This document shows, piece after piece, positions 48,417-58,408 of a stretch of DNA of 64,000 bases (position 1 is its first letter; the number at the start of each line of letters is the position of its first letter). The stretch is from NCBI GenBank assembly GCA_022711115.1, contig JAKLFP010000001.1, positions 325,183-389,182 of the forward strand, read 5' to 3'. The notes under the pieces were generated by a model, which did not search any database, had not been told where the DNA came from, and worked only from the letters and a program-made list of their open reading frames with translations. The DNA comes from Candidatus Omnitrophota bacterium (GTDB lineage: Bacteria; Omnitrophota; Omnitrophia; Omnitrophales; Aquincolibacteriaceae). A program made the translations under genes and the position numbers.

Positions 48417-49285
48417 TACTTGTTCCCCCAGGATTTATTTCGATCTTTTGGAATAATGCGTCGCAAAGTATAAATATCTGTTTTTTTCAGTTCTTCCGCA
48501 TGTTTCGGAAGGTCCTTCCAAGGGTCCCACACGGCGCTGATAAGCCTGCCGCTGATACCATCGCTTTCGGAGGAAGCCAAGAAAGCACAAAGTTTAGCCC
48601 CAACCTCCAAAGAAACACCCCCGTTTTTCTTTTGTTCCAAAGCCTTTTTATAAAATTCTTCTCCAACCGTTTGAGGCCCGGCAGCTAGCACTTCTTCAAG
48701 CAATCGGGTATTTAGCGCTCCGGGCGCCACGGAATTGATATCGATATTAAAGTCTCTGCATTCTTCAGCAAGGGTTTCGGTAAGCCTGACAACCGCGGCC
48801 TTGGAAGCCGCATAAGCACTCAAAAACGGAAGCGGTACCGTGGCTCCGCCGCCGGAAAGATTGATGATTTTTCCATAACGCTTTTTTTTCATCTGTGCGG
48901 TGACGTATTTACAACAATAGAAAACGCCGCATAGATTAATCTGGATCGCCTTGGCCCATTCCCTGCCGTTTAAGGTTTCCACCGGCCCTTTCGGCCCATA
49001 GATTCCGGCATTATTGACCAGAACATCCACCCTCCCGAATTTTTTTAAAGCAAATCCTATCAGCTTTTTTACATCCTTTTCTTTTGAAATATCCGCCGTT
49101 TCGGCATAGATCTTTTGGTTTATACCCGCAATACTTCTTAGTTTTTTTTGAACTACTAGCAATTTCTTTTTACCGCGGGCACAAAAAAGCACATCCGCGC
49201 CTTGTTTGACAAATTCAACAGCAACAGCTTCCCCCAAACCCTGACTGGCTCCTGTGATAACCGCAACGAGACCCTTCAGTTTCAT
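48416..49285 (-). CDS. short-chain dehydrogenase/reductase (SDR) family oxidoreductase
   Basis: 289 aa. TGASQGLG, NNAG and YxxxK (YAASKAA). Confidence 0.75.
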   Translation of the reverse strand: MKLKGLVAVITGASQGLGEAVAVEFVKQGADVLFCARGKKKLLVVQKKLRSIAGINQKIYAETADISKEKDVKKLIGFALKKFGRVDVLVNNAGIYGPKGPVETLNGREWAKAIQINLCGVFYCCKYVTAQMKKKRYGKIINLSGGGATVPLPFLSAYAASKAAVVRLTETLAEECRDFNIDINSVAPGALNTRLLEEVLAAGPQTVGEEFYKKALEQKKNGGVSLEVGAKLCAFLASSESDGISGRLISAVWDPWKDLPKHAEELKKTDIYTLRRIIPKDRNKSWGNK

Positions 49286-50589
49286 CCCTTGCTCCTTTTT
49301 TCGTTTCCTTTTCCAACATAAAAATAATTTTCATTTCCAGAGCCGATCACCTTTAAAAGAAAACCGCCGGGATCAATGACAACTTTATTCATCATTAACT
49401 GGATCATTTCCGGGGACATCTCTTGAAGCTCAGGCCATTCGGTTGCAAGGATCACCAGATCCGCATTATCGACAGCGTCTTTGATGTTGCTTTTCAATTT
49501 GATTGATCGGGCAAGGTCGGCCGGCAATGTTTTTATGATGGGATCGTATCCATAAACCCTAGCGCCTTCCCCTTTTAACTTTTTAGCCAGTTCGACAGCG
49601 AGCGACCTTCGTAGAGTATTAGTTCCGGATTTATAAGTTAGACCGAGGATCGCAATGTTCTTTTTCTTTAAATTTCTAAAAAGCTCATGGCACTTCCATT
49701 GAACCCATTCCTTATGCTGAGCGTTGCTTTCACTGACGGCTTTGATAAGATGAGAAGGCAGTTTATTCTTTCGGCTGAGTTTAATTAAAAAATCGACGTC
49801 GCGGGCAAGCGTCCCTCCGGAAAAAGCCATACCGGCCCCCAGGTAGGCTTTGGGACCAATTCGCGATTCGCTTTTTAACCCATGTTCTACTTCTTTGAAA
49901 TCCGCACCCATTTTCTCACAAAGACAGGCTATCTCGTTGGCAAAACAAATGGAAGTCGCCAGAAAAGAATTGATGGCATGCTTGGTTATCTCCGCAGACT
50001 CTGTTTTCATCCATTCCAGCCTGTCGGTGATAGAGGAAAACAAAGGCAGTAAAACTTCTTTGGTCTTTTCGGTGTTAACGCCGATGACAATCCTGTCCGG
50101 ATGAAGGAAAACATCAATAGCTTTTCCAAGTCTTAGGTTCTCCGGAGAACACGCAAAATAACATTTTTTTTCCGGAAAGTTTTTTCTGAAAATCTTTTCA
50201 ATCTTTCCGGTGAAACCAACCGGCGCTTGAGAAGAAACAATTATTGCTGTTTCGGTTTTTAAATAAGGCATGATCTTTTTGATATTCCTTTCAACAAAAA
50301 GAATGTCCGCGGTATCTTTATCATTGACCGGGGTATCAAACGTGACCCAAACTACCTGGGCTGTTTTCAACGCTTCTTTGGCATCACAGGTAAAGGATAA
50401 TCTTTGAGCGCAAAGTTTTTTTGAAATCAGTCCATCCAATCCGGGTTCAAACAGTGGGGCTTTTCCGTTTCGAAGCCTTTTCACAACAGCTTTATCAAAA
50501 TCAAGGCCCACCACCGCATGTCCCAACTTAGCCAGACAAGCACTTGTCACCGAGCCAAGATGCCATAAGCCGAAAACGCAGATATTCAT
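49282..50589 (-). CDS. nucleotide-sugar dehydrogenase (UDP-glucose/GDP-mannose dehydrogenase family)
   Basis: Start set at MNICVFGLWHLGS, which makes an ATGA overlap with the epimerase stop. Catalytic Cys region CFANE. Confidence 0.75.
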   Translation of the reverse strand: MNICVFGLWHLGSVTSACLAKLGHAVVGLDFDKAVVKRLRNGKAPLFEPGLDGLISKKLCAQRLSFTCDAKEALKTAQVVWVTFDTPVNDKDTADILFVERNIKKIMPYLKTETAIIVSSQAPVGFTGKIEKIFRKNFPEKKCYFACSPENLRLGKAIDVFLHPDRIVIGVNTEKTKEVLLPLFSSITDRLEWMKTESAEITKHAINSFLATSICFANEIACLCEKMGADFKEVEHGLKSESRIGPKAYLGAGMAFSGGTLARDVDFLIKLSRKNKLPSHLIKAVSESNAQHKEWVQWKCHELFRNLKKKNIAILGLTYKSGTNTLRRSLAVELAKKLKGEGARVYGYDPIIKTLPADLARSIKLKSNIKDAVDNADLVILATEWPELQEMSPEMIQLMMNKVVIDPGGFLLKVIGSGNENYFYVGKGNEKRSKG

Positions 50590-51542
50590 TCTTTGCGCTC
50601 CAATAGCCATTGATTTTGCGTCAGATATTCCAAAGTCTTAATGACCGCTTCCCGAATGCTTAGTTTGGGCTTCCATCCTAAAGAGCGTATTTTTTGGGTA
50701 TCCAAAAAAATAAAGGGGCTGTCACCGACCCAACCCCGTTTACCGCCGGTATAAACTAGCCGCGGCTTCAGTCCCAAGTGCCCGCTGATCCAGCGGATCG
50801 AGTCATCCACCTCGCAGTGCTCCTCCGTCCCCAGGTTGAAGATATTGATTTTTCCTCGTGATTTTTCAACAGCAATGAGCATCGCATCCATGCAGTCCTG
50901 AATATAAAGATATGACTTGCGCTGATGACCATCCCCCAAAACCTTTAGAGTATTGGGATCTTGAATCAGATTTTTATAGAAATCGAAAACGTGACCATGA
51001 GTGTAACGTTCGCCTAGAATTGAAACGAAACGGAAAATCCAGGCTTGAAAACCGAAACCTTCGCAGTAGGCCTCGATCAGCCCTTCACAAGCCAGTTTGG
51101 AAGCTCCGTAAGAAGAGGTCTGCATGGGAAACGGCGCGTTTTCCGGCGTCGGAAAAATTTCAGGTTCGCCATAAATAGATCCTGTTGAAGAAAACGCTAT
51201 TTTTTTAATATCATTTTTTCGCATCGCTTCGAGAACGTTAAAGGTAGCAAAAGTATTTTGCTGGAGATCCTTCTCAGGGTGGTCCAGACCAAAACGTACA
51301 TCTGCATTGGCCGCAAGATGAAATACAAAATGGCAATCTTTCATGCCCTCGGTTAAAGCTTTGAGATCCAGAGTGGTATTTTTAATCAAACGGAACTTTG
51401 GCGACTTGTTTGCCTTAATTAAAAATTCTTCTCTCCCGGTGCTAAAATCGTCATAAGCTACAACGTCATGCCCGCTTTCCAGCAAACGATCCACCAGACT
51501 GCTTCCGATAAATCCAGCACCCCCTGTAACAAAAAATTTCAT
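50586..51542 (-). CDS. NAD-dependent epimerase/dehydratase (extended SDR)
   Basis: Start set at MKFFVTGGAGFIGS, with an AAGGGA ribosome-binding site. YGASK catalytic motif. Confidence 0.75.
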   Translation of the reverse strand: MKFFVTGGAGFIGSSLVDRLLESGHDVVAYDDFSTGREEFLIKANKSPKFRLIKNTTLDLKALTEGMKDCHFVFHLAANADVRFGLDHPEKDLQQNTFATFNVLEAMRKNDIKKIAFSSTGSIYGEPEIFPTPENAPFPMQTSSYGASKLACEGLIEAYCEGFGFQAWIFRFVSILGERYTHGHVFDFYKNLIQDPNTLKVLGDGHQRKSYLYIQDCMDAMLIAVEKSRGKINIFNLGTEEHCEVDDSIRWISGHLGLKPRLVYTGGKRGWVGDSPFIFLDTQKIRSLGWKPKLSIREAVIKTLEYLTQNQWLLERKE

Positions 51543-51607
51543 TTTTCCCTTTTTTTTTATTTTTTTCTGCAAGTTTCTGAATCCACCCTTCAACTTCAGG
51601 CCTTTTC

Positions 51608-52357
51608 TTATTGGTTATTGATAGAACAACGTAATCCTATCGCCAAATTGCAAAAAATTAACGGCAGCCGAAGAGGAAAGTACCGGCTCCAGTCCGTTCG
51701 AAAACCCGACTTTTTCAATTCTTCCATGATTTCGGCACAAGTGTTCACATGTTCACTTTTGATGAACCAATCGTAAGATGTTTTGTAGGTTTTTTCAAAT
51801 ATCCTTTTGGCAGAAATCATTCTCGCGATGGAGTAGGCCAGACCTCCTTCGCAAGGGATCACAAATTCACAAAAGCCCGCGGGGTTTAAAAGCCTTCTGA
51901 TTTGACGCAAGGCTTCCGGAAGGTCCGGCAGATGCTCCAGGACATGCACGGCAATGATGCGATTAAAATATCCATCGGGGAAATCTATTCTTTTTTGAAT
52001 ATCTCCGACGACAACCTTGGCGGAGGGAAAACGCTGCCGCAATCTCTCAGCCATATCTGCTCTTAATTCTAAGGCATAATATTCGTTACAGGCAACGTTC
52101 TCAAACGCCACATGTGCCCCAAGTCCCGCTCCGATTTCCAGAGTGCGACCTGCCGGCGGCGTGTTGTTTTTTTTAAAAGCTCCGGAATGGTTGAATTTTT
52201 CTATCACGGCATATCGGGCAGGTAAAACCTCGAGCCATCGAACCATGAACTCTTCTTTGATTTTCTTTTGTTCGGCAGTTAATGCCGGCAACGTTTTGGG
52301 CCACTTTTTCTCTTCAGAAAAGGTCGTCAAAGATCTTCTCCTAATTTTCTGACGCAA
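51608..52357 (-). CDS. class I SAM-dependent methyltransferase
   Basis: LEIGAGLG motif I. Methyltransf_11-like. N-terminal start uncertain. Confidence 0.6.
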   Translation of the reverse strand: MRQKIRRRSLTTFSEEKKWPKTLPALTAEQKKIKEEFMVRWLEVLPARYAVIEKFNHSGAFKKNNTPPAGRTLEIGAGLGAHVAFENVACNEYYALELRADMAERLRQRFPSAKVVVGDIQKRIDFPDGYFNRIIAVHVLEHLPDLPEALRQIRRLLNPAGFCEFVIPCEGGLAYSIARMISAKRIFEKTYKTSYDWFIKSEHVNTCAEIMEELKKSGFRTDWSRYFPLRLPLIFCNLAIGLRCSINNQ

Positions 52358-52447
52358 CAGAGTTTTCTGGATTCACAACGCCTACCCGCACCATTTCGTC
52401 CATCGGCACAGTCCTTGTCGCACTTCGATCGATTGTGCCTTTCATTT

Positions 52448-53155
52448 TTAAAAACGTATTTTCAGAACATCCAAAAAATTCCGAATATTACCTCCCACAA
52501 GAACCAAGCGGCTGTCCCCATCGTCTTTCCAGGCAACCCCAACCTGTTTTAAACGGTAATTTGCTTGTTGGGCAAGATACAATATTTCAACATCGAACAT
52601 ATAGCCGTCAATTTTCTGTCTTTGAAATAAGTCTAAGGCAACATCCCGTTTAAAAAACTTAAAACCACACTGTGTATCACAGATACTCCAGAGACCAGTG
52701 ACTCCCCACATGAAGAGGCGAAAACCAAAAGCCCCAAGACGCCGGTAAAAAGGCTGCCGCTGTATAATCTGTGCTGTTTTAAGCCCCCGTGAACCTATGA
52801 CAATATCGTATCCTTGTCCAAAACACGGCAAAACCTTTTTCAACTCGGTAACCGGTGTTTTGTTGTCAGCATCAACGAATCCGATAATTTCACCTTTGGC
52901 TAAAAAAACGGCCTGCCGAACGCCGTGACCTTTTCCCTTACGTTCCGGACTGCCGATAACTCTCAACCGGGAATCTGTTGCGGCCAAATCGCCTACGAGT
53001 TCACGAGTACCATCCGTACCGTCCGCAGAAACAATGATCTCATATGTCAAGCCCTGCCGATCTAGGTACGCACGGGCTTCGGCAAGGGTTTGACCAATAG
53101 ATTTCACTTCATTATAGGCGGGCAAGATCAATGTTAAATCGACTTGATCATTCAT
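52448..53155 (-). CDS. GT2 family polyprenyl-phosphate sugar synthase (DPM1/ArnC/GtrB-like)
   Basis: 235 aa. LPAYNE, DADG and DxD region. Soluble DPM1-like size. Confidence 0.7.
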   Translation of the reverse strand: MNDQVDLTLILPAYNEVKSIGQTLAEARAYLDRQGLTYEIIVSADGTDGTRELVGDLAATDSRLRVIGSPERKGKGHGVRQAVFLAKGEIIGFVDADNKTPVTELKKVLPCFGQGYDIVIGSRGLKTAQIIQRQPFYRRLGAFGFRLFMWGVTGLWSICDTQCGFKFFKRDVALDLFQRQKIDGYMFDVEILYLAQQANYRLKQVGVAWKDDGDSRLVLVGGNIRNFLDVLKIRF

Positions 53156-53302
53156 CCATGGTTTCCCATTTTAAAAAATCTTAAAAGTAAATAATTTCTA
53201 ATGGCTGCTTTGGCGTGCAGGTATTTACTGCTGAGTGATTCGGCTCAAAACATGGTAACGCCACACCAAAACGTCAAACATTTAATTTTTATTCTATCTT
53301 CC

Positions 53303-53824
53303 TCATCGAGAAGGGGCTATTTTTCTTGATTCCTCTTCTCTCGTTCTCTTGTTTTCTTCAAAAAGTTTCGGCCCGAGCATTCTCATGGCTTGCTCATCGG
53401 CATTGACTCCATTAAAAAAATCATATTCGATAACAGCAAGCCCTGTCAAAATAGTCATCAAGTCTTTTTCCTTAATCGAAGGATCCTGCCGGACAAGCTG
53501 GTTGATGCGTGTCACGTAATGTTGGGGGGATTTTAAGATGGCGCAATTCTTTTGGCTTCGAAGAAAGGTGATACACAAAAAAACCGCCTTTTCTTTTTCA
53601 CTCCAGCTCAGATCCTGCCAACTATGCATATTTTTTGCCAGGGCTTCGCTTTTTTGCGCCGAAAGAGTGGTCCCCTCATCCTTGTCATTAAATATGAGGT
53701 TCGTTCTGGAATGGGCGATCAGGGAAAAAAGCATCACGCCAAGCGGGATGATTGCGGCGATGAAAAGAAGGCGGTTTTCGGACTTTTTTGGATCAGCGGT
53801 TTCTTGCGGGTTCATTTCTTGCAA
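53303..53824 (-). CDS. membrane-anchored hypothetical protein (173 aa)
   Basis: One TM helix (LLFIAAIIPLGVMLFSLIA). Its start lies 32 bp from the start of the divergent GT-C gene. Confidence 0.45.
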   Translation of the reverse strand: MQEMNPQETADPKKSENRLLFIAAIIPLGVMLFSLIAHSRTNLIFNDKDEGTTLSAQKSEALAKNMHSWQDLSWSEKEKAVFLCITFLRSQKNCAILKSPQHYVTRINQLVRQDPSIKEKDLMTILTGLAVIEYDFFNGVNADEQAMRMLGPKLFEENKRTREEESRKIAPSR

Positions 53825-53856
53825 AGTCCTTTTTATTTTTATGGTAAAATGCGGCC

Positions 53857-55593
53857 ATGAAAATGAAACCTTTTTTTGCCTCAGCTAAAAACCCGTCGTT
53901 TCTGGCTTTCGTGGCCCTGTCGATCTCTCTTGGTCTGTTGATGCCTATCCTCAGTCAAAGTTATGCCATTACTTATGATGAATGGGCAAACATTCATAAA
54001 GGCATTCTCAATTTGAAGTATATCCTAAGCGGCGGAGAAAATACAAGCTATACCGATTTATGGTACGGTTATGTCTATTCTTGCTTTTCCCCTACTCTGA
54101 CCGGTGCTTTGTATGGTTTATTTTCGGGTTCGTTGCGATATTTTGTAAATGATTGGTTCTATCAAACGGATCATTTCTTCGCATTCTTTCAGTTCAGTCA
54201 TTTAATCAATTCTATTTTTGGTTTTTACCTTTTCTTTTTTGCGGGTCTTTGTGCTAAGGAATTCCGCGGCTGGCGAGCCGGGTGTTTTGCCCTGCTTTTC
54301 ATGGCGATTTCGCCGAGAATCTTCGCGCATTCCATGAACAATTCCATGGATATTCCTTTTGCTGCTGCTTACATGCTAAGCGCTTATCTTAGTATTCGAT
54401 TTTTCAAACAAATGCCGAACCCTTGTTTGAAAACAACTGTTTTGCTCATCGTTGCGATCGGACTACTGATCGGGTCTCGCATTGGGGGTGTCCTTTTCGT
54501 CGGCTATTTGTTTCTTTTTGGTTTTCTTTTTTATGTTGACCGACGTTTCCGGCAAAAGGAATCCCTTCGCTGGTATCCCTGGTTTCTCCGTCTTGCCATT
54601 GTGGCCCTTTACGGATATCTCATAAGCCTCTTCTTTTGGCCATATGGCCAGATCCATCCGTTTCTGAATCTCTTCCGTACTCTGGCCAGACTTTCGGATT
54701 GGAGTTTTGATCCCGGAGAAATGCTCTTTCGAGGACGCCTTTATTCTACCGTCCACTTGCCCTGGGATTATCTGCCTGTGTGGATCTCCATCTCAACACC
54801 GTTAGTAGTTTTATTAGGATGGCTCTTTTGTTGTGGAGTTTCTTTTCTTTTTCGGAAAAATTTCCCCTGGAAATTCGTTTTGTTTCTAGTCTTCATTGCT
54901 CTTTTTCCGATTCTGACCGTGATCCTGAAGCATTCCCCTGTTTTTAATGATTGGCGACACCTGTACTTTACTTATGGCCCTCTGGTCGTTCTTGCCGCTC
55001 TTGGGTGGGATTATTTTTTTGAGCTTGTAAAAAATAAAAATGTCCGTTTAGGTTTTGGCTTTCTTTTTTTATTCCTGGTCTGCTTGCCCGTTACATGGAT
55101 GGTCCGAAACCACCCGCATCAGGCGCTTTATTTTAACGAACTTGAGGGAGGCCTAAAAGGCGCGGCCGGGCGCTTTGAGATAGATTATTGGGGCAATTCC
55201 TTGAGAACGGCAGCAGAATGGCTCAGCGATTATCATCTCCGCCGATATCCCGATCAGCCGGCCATTGTACAGGCCGACGGAAATATTTTATCGACCTATC
55301 CTGTCCTGCGTGAAAAACTCGGTTCCCGTTACTTCCCGTATCTTTATCCGGACCGGCATCTGCAGTCCTGGCAGTTTCGCTACATGACGATCCATTATTC
55401 CCATCATGCACGTGTTGCTCCGGATTGGGATTACGCTATTATTTTGCTCCAGCAGCAGACACTGCGGGATTTTCGTGAAGGAAAGTGGCCGCCGGAAAAC
55501 TCTCTTTTTGAAGTCAAGGTCGATGGCGTGACGGTCTGTGCGGTAACAGCAAATCCCAAGTCTCCGCTTTTCCGCAAAGAAATGAGTCTCTAG
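53857..55593 (+). CDS. GT-C fold membrane glycosyltransferase, PMT/ArnT-like (GT39/GT83-like)
   Basis: 578 aa, ~11-13 TM helices. Conserved DE motif in the first extracytoplasmic loop (AITYDEWANIH). Large C-terminal periplasmic domain. Confidence 0.6.
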   Translation: MKMKPFFASAKNPSFLAFVALSISLGLLMPILSQSYAITYDEWANIHKGILNLKYILSGGENTSYTDLWYGYVYSCFSPTLTGALYGLFSGSLRYFVNDWFYQTDHFFAFFQFSHLINSIFGFYLFFFAGLCAKEFRGWRAGCFALLFMAISPRIFAHSMNNSMDIPFAAAYMLSAYLSIRFFKQMPNPCLKTTVLLIVAIGLLIGSRIGGVLFVGYLFLFGFLFYVDRRFRQKESLRWYPWFLRLAIVALYGYLISLFFWPYGQIHPFLNLFRTLARLSDWSFDPGEMLFRGRLYSTVHLPWDYLPVWISISTPLVVLLGWLFCCGVSFLFRKNFPWKFVLFLVFIALFPILTVILKHSPVFNDWRHLYFTYGPLVVLAALGWDYFFELVKNKNVRLGFGFLFLFLVCLPVTWMVRNHPHQALYFNELEGGLKGAAGRFEIDYWGNSLRTAAEWLSDYHLRRYPDQPAIVQADGNILSTYPVLREKLGSRYFPYLYPDRHLQSWQFRYMTIHYSHHARVAPDWDYAIILLQQQTLRDFREGKWPPENSLFEVKVDGVTVCAVTANPKSPLFRKEMSL

Positions 55594-55619
55594 TTTTTTA
55601 TTATTTCAAAAAATTTTTT

Positions 55620-56186
55620 TCAGACTCTGTCAATCGCAAGCACCCGACCAACGGCATCCTTAAGATCATCGGCGATCTCGTCGGCCTCCGTGTCCTGATT
55701 ATAGTCTTTACGGATCAATATCGTTTGACACCCGACGGATTTCCCGGCCCCGACATCGCGGGCATGATCACCGATAAAAAAGCTTTTCTCAAGATCGAGA
55801 TTCCAATCGGACGCAGCGCGCAGCAACATGCCGGGTTTTGGCTTGCGGCAATGACAACCGTCTCGATCATCATGGGGACAAACATAAATACCTCTTAAAA
55901 TATCTTTTCCGCCCATGTGCTTCAAGAGATACTCGTGCATTTGTTCCAAAATCTTGGCATCCAGCTTCTGACGTGCAATATCCGGCTGATTTGTCACCAC
56001 AAAAATTAAAAATCCTGCCTTGCTTAATGCTGCTGCGAGTTCTTTGGCGGCTGGTTCAACTTCAAACTCCTTCATCGATAGAGGGGTCGCCATTTTCCCG
56101 CCGCGAAGGATAGAGCGGACCAAAACACCGTCGCGATCAAAAAAGACAGCTTTTCTTTTTTCTTTTCCGGAAGACTTTTCTGCCAT
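55620..56186 (-). CDS. gmhB: D-glycero-D-manno-heptose-1,7-bisphosphate phosphatase (HAD-IIIA)
   Basis: 188 aa. FFDRDGVL, TNQ and CxH...CxC zinc motif. Confidence 0.7.
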   Translation of the reverse strand: MAEKSSGKEKRKAVFFDRDGVLVRSILRGGKMATPLSMKEFEVEPAAKELAAALSKAGFLIFVVTNQPDIARQKLDAKILEQMHEYLLKHMGGKDILRGIYVCPHDDRDGCHCRKPKPGMLLRAASDWNLDLEKSFFIGDHARDVGAGKSVGCQTILIRKDYNQDTEADEIADDLKDAVGRVLAIDRV

Positions 56187-56234
56187 CTAAACATCCTAGG
56201 TTGAGCACTGATTTATTATAGCTTTTTGTGTTTT

Positions 56235-58025
56235 TTACGTCACTTTCCAAAGGAAACATTTTTTATCCTGGTAGACCAGCTTCAAAAAACCTTGAAGCTG
56301 GCGTGTCACAACATTATAAAACGGGCTGGGAATAGGGATCAGCACATAATCCAACCTTACCAAGTGAATTTTTTCTTCCAGAGAAAGCGCTTCCAGATGC
56401 CGTATTTTATCTACCCTGTTCAATAACAACGCCGTGTAAAAAACCACTCGGAATTTCGCCTGGGGACTTTCAATAAAAACATTACCGCTTCCATAGTCGT
56501 TGTAATAAGATTTTAAACCGGTCTTGAGAAACAAATAATCGCAGAATCGGTACTTTCGGGAGGCTGTCAATACGACCTCTTTTTCTTGCGCGTTTTTTTT
56601 CAACCATTGGAACGCACCCGCAAAGGGGAAATCGCGATTTTGAGGATTGAGAGGGATGATCCAGTGTCCCGCTACAGCTACCGCGATAATCAGGCCATAA
56701 ACGAGCCCCTTTTTTGTCGTCAACCGCCTCAAAAAGTCAAATCCTGTCACCGCCCATACGGAAACAAGAATGATAAAAAAATATTGCAATATTTTTATGG
56801 AAAAATAGGGAGGGGAACAAAAAATAAGATTTTCCTTTATAACCAAGGAAAGCGTTAAGACCAGGATCGTGAGAAACACCAGCGCCTTACTAAAAATTGA
56901 AAAGTAACCGCTTTTTTTAAAAATAATCACTTTTTCATAAACCCATCCCGTCATGGAGAAAATCATCGGCACAAGGAAATAATGCAGATGAACGATCAGC
57001 TCCGTCTTGGGCACTACAAATCCATTGATCCAACATACCCACACTAAAAAAATTGCGCTTTCCACCGTCAAGAAATCCAGGGGTGTTGTTTTTTCTCTGA
57101 AGGAAAACTTAAAGAAAAGAACCGTTCCCCAAACAACGGCCAGCCACAGAAACGAAGTTAAAAGATTGAGGAACGGAGAGCCAAAAGAGGGTTTCGTCGG
57201 CCCGAACAAAACCAGGGGATTTATATTTTCTCCGGAGAAGGCATACCCAATGAAAGAAAAACCCGCGATAAAAGTACTGACTGTCATCCAAAAACGGAGG
57301 TCAAATTTTGAAGCGTTTTTATTTTTTAGAAGTCCGCGGACATATTCAATGACCGTAAACCAGAGCCCGAATCCCGCATAATAGGGATGAAGCCATAACA
57401 CGATGGGAGGAACAAGCCATGAAGCGCAAAAGTGAATTTTGTTATTCCTATTTCCTTTAAAAACCAAAGAAATCCAAAGAAAAAGGAGTGCGATCCCGTC
57501 CAAAGGCCTGGAAAACCTGTACAAAGTCCATTGGATCATTTGATGAGAATGGAACAAAGTGCTAAAAAGAAGAAAATAAGTGATTGCCGCGCTGGCACTG
57601 AGAGGGTAGTCCCACAATTTCCAGCAACAAAGAACTATGAGAAGCCATGTAAGGAAGGGTGCCAAAATATGCCAAGCTGGAAAAAACCATGAAAAAGGGA
57701 TCTTTGCGTACTTGGATATCAGTCCGATGGTTTCGGCGGTTGTCCAGGGAATGATGTGTCTTGTCCCCTGTTCCTCGAAATAAAAAGGGTTCCCATCGCA
57801 CCTCGGTGTCATGATCCTGCCTTTGCCATAACTCCAATACACGAGATCTTCTCCGCCCGGAAGCACATACTCCCAGGATTTTGAGGAGTGAGCTTCCCGA
57901 CCAAAGTGAACAAAAAAGCAGACCGTAAAAAGAAGAAGCGCCGTGAACGCATAGCTTACGATTTGAAGCTTAAAAAGGGGTAGAATTTTATTTTTGAGCA
58001 TATTTTTCACGCCATGCTTTTTCAA
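56235..58025 (-). CDS. large polytopic membrane protein, candidate GT-C-like glycosyltransferase or glycan polymerase
   Basis: 596 aa, >12 TM helices, ~150 aa soluble C-terminal domain. No motif I can assign with confidence. Confidence 0.45.
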   Translation of the reverse strand: MKKHGVKNMLKNKILPLFKLQIVSYAFTALLLFTVCFFVHFGREAHSSKSWEYVLPGGEDLVYWSYGKGRIMTPRCDGNPFYFEEQGTRHIIPWTTAETIGLISKYAKIPFSWFFPAWHILAPFLTWLLIVLCCWKLWDYPLSASAAITYFLLFSTLFHSHQMIQWTLYRFSRPLDGIALLFLWISLVFKGNRNNKIHFCASWLVPPIVLWLHPYYAGFGLWFTVIEYVRGLLKNKNASKFDLRFWMTVSTFIAGFSFIGYAFSGENINPLVLFGPTKPSFGSPFLNLLTSFLWLAVVWGTVLFFKFSFREKTTPLDFLTVESAIFLVWVCWINGFVVPKTELIVHLHYFLVPMIFSMTGWVYEKVIIFKKSGYFSIFSKALVFLTILVLTLSLVIKENLIFCSPPYFSIKILQYFFIILVSVWAVTGFDFLRRLTTKKGLVYGLIIAVAVAGHWIIPLNPQNRDFPFAGAFQWLKKNAQEKEVVLTASRKYRFCDYLFLKTGLKSYYNDYGSGNVFIESPQAKFRVVFYTALLLNRVDKIRHLEALSLEEKIHLVRLDYVLIPIPSPFYNVVTRQLQGFLKLVYQDKKCFLWKVT

Positions 58026-58389
58026 AATCGGCCAATTTCAACAAGGCCAATCCGAAATAATCGACAAGATAGAGCATGTCTGCGGCAAGATAGTCAATTT
58101 CCGGCTCAGGGGCTCCTTGTTCTTTAAAATCATCAATAGTGTTCAGAAAAGCGTTCATATTTTTAGTGAAAAGGGCGTGGATCAAGATGAGTTTGTACCC
58201 TTCTATGCTTTGGGGATCCTGTGCAATAATTTTTTTTCCTAGGATCAGGTATGGCTCGACATCCTTTTCATCAGGAGTTTCGTTTTCCTGGCGTATAGCT
58301 TTTCCAATATCTTCGGAAGAAAAGGCGGCCGCATTCAGCAGAAGAAAAAAAAGAACGGTTGGAATTGCTTGACGGAAAAATTTCATCAT
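57988..58389 (-). CDS. small secreted hypothetical protein (133 aa)
   Basis: Signal peptide. Overlaps the downstream membrane-protein gene by 38 nt. Confidence 0.4.
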   Translation of the reverse strand: MMKFFRQAIPTVLFFLLLNAAAFSSEDIGKAIRQENETPDEKDVEPYLILGKKIIAQDPQSIEGYKLILIHALFTKNMNAFLNTIDDFKEQGAPEPEIDYLAADMLYLVDYFGLALLKLADFEKAWREKYAQK

Positions 58390-58408
58390 TATTTAATTCA
58401 TTCCCGGC

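Noticed and set aside
53538-53888. Plus-strand ORFs of 116 and 102 aa overlapping the start of the GT-C gene
   Set aside because: Antisense to the 173 aa membrane-protein gene, poor composition, no ribosome-binding site.
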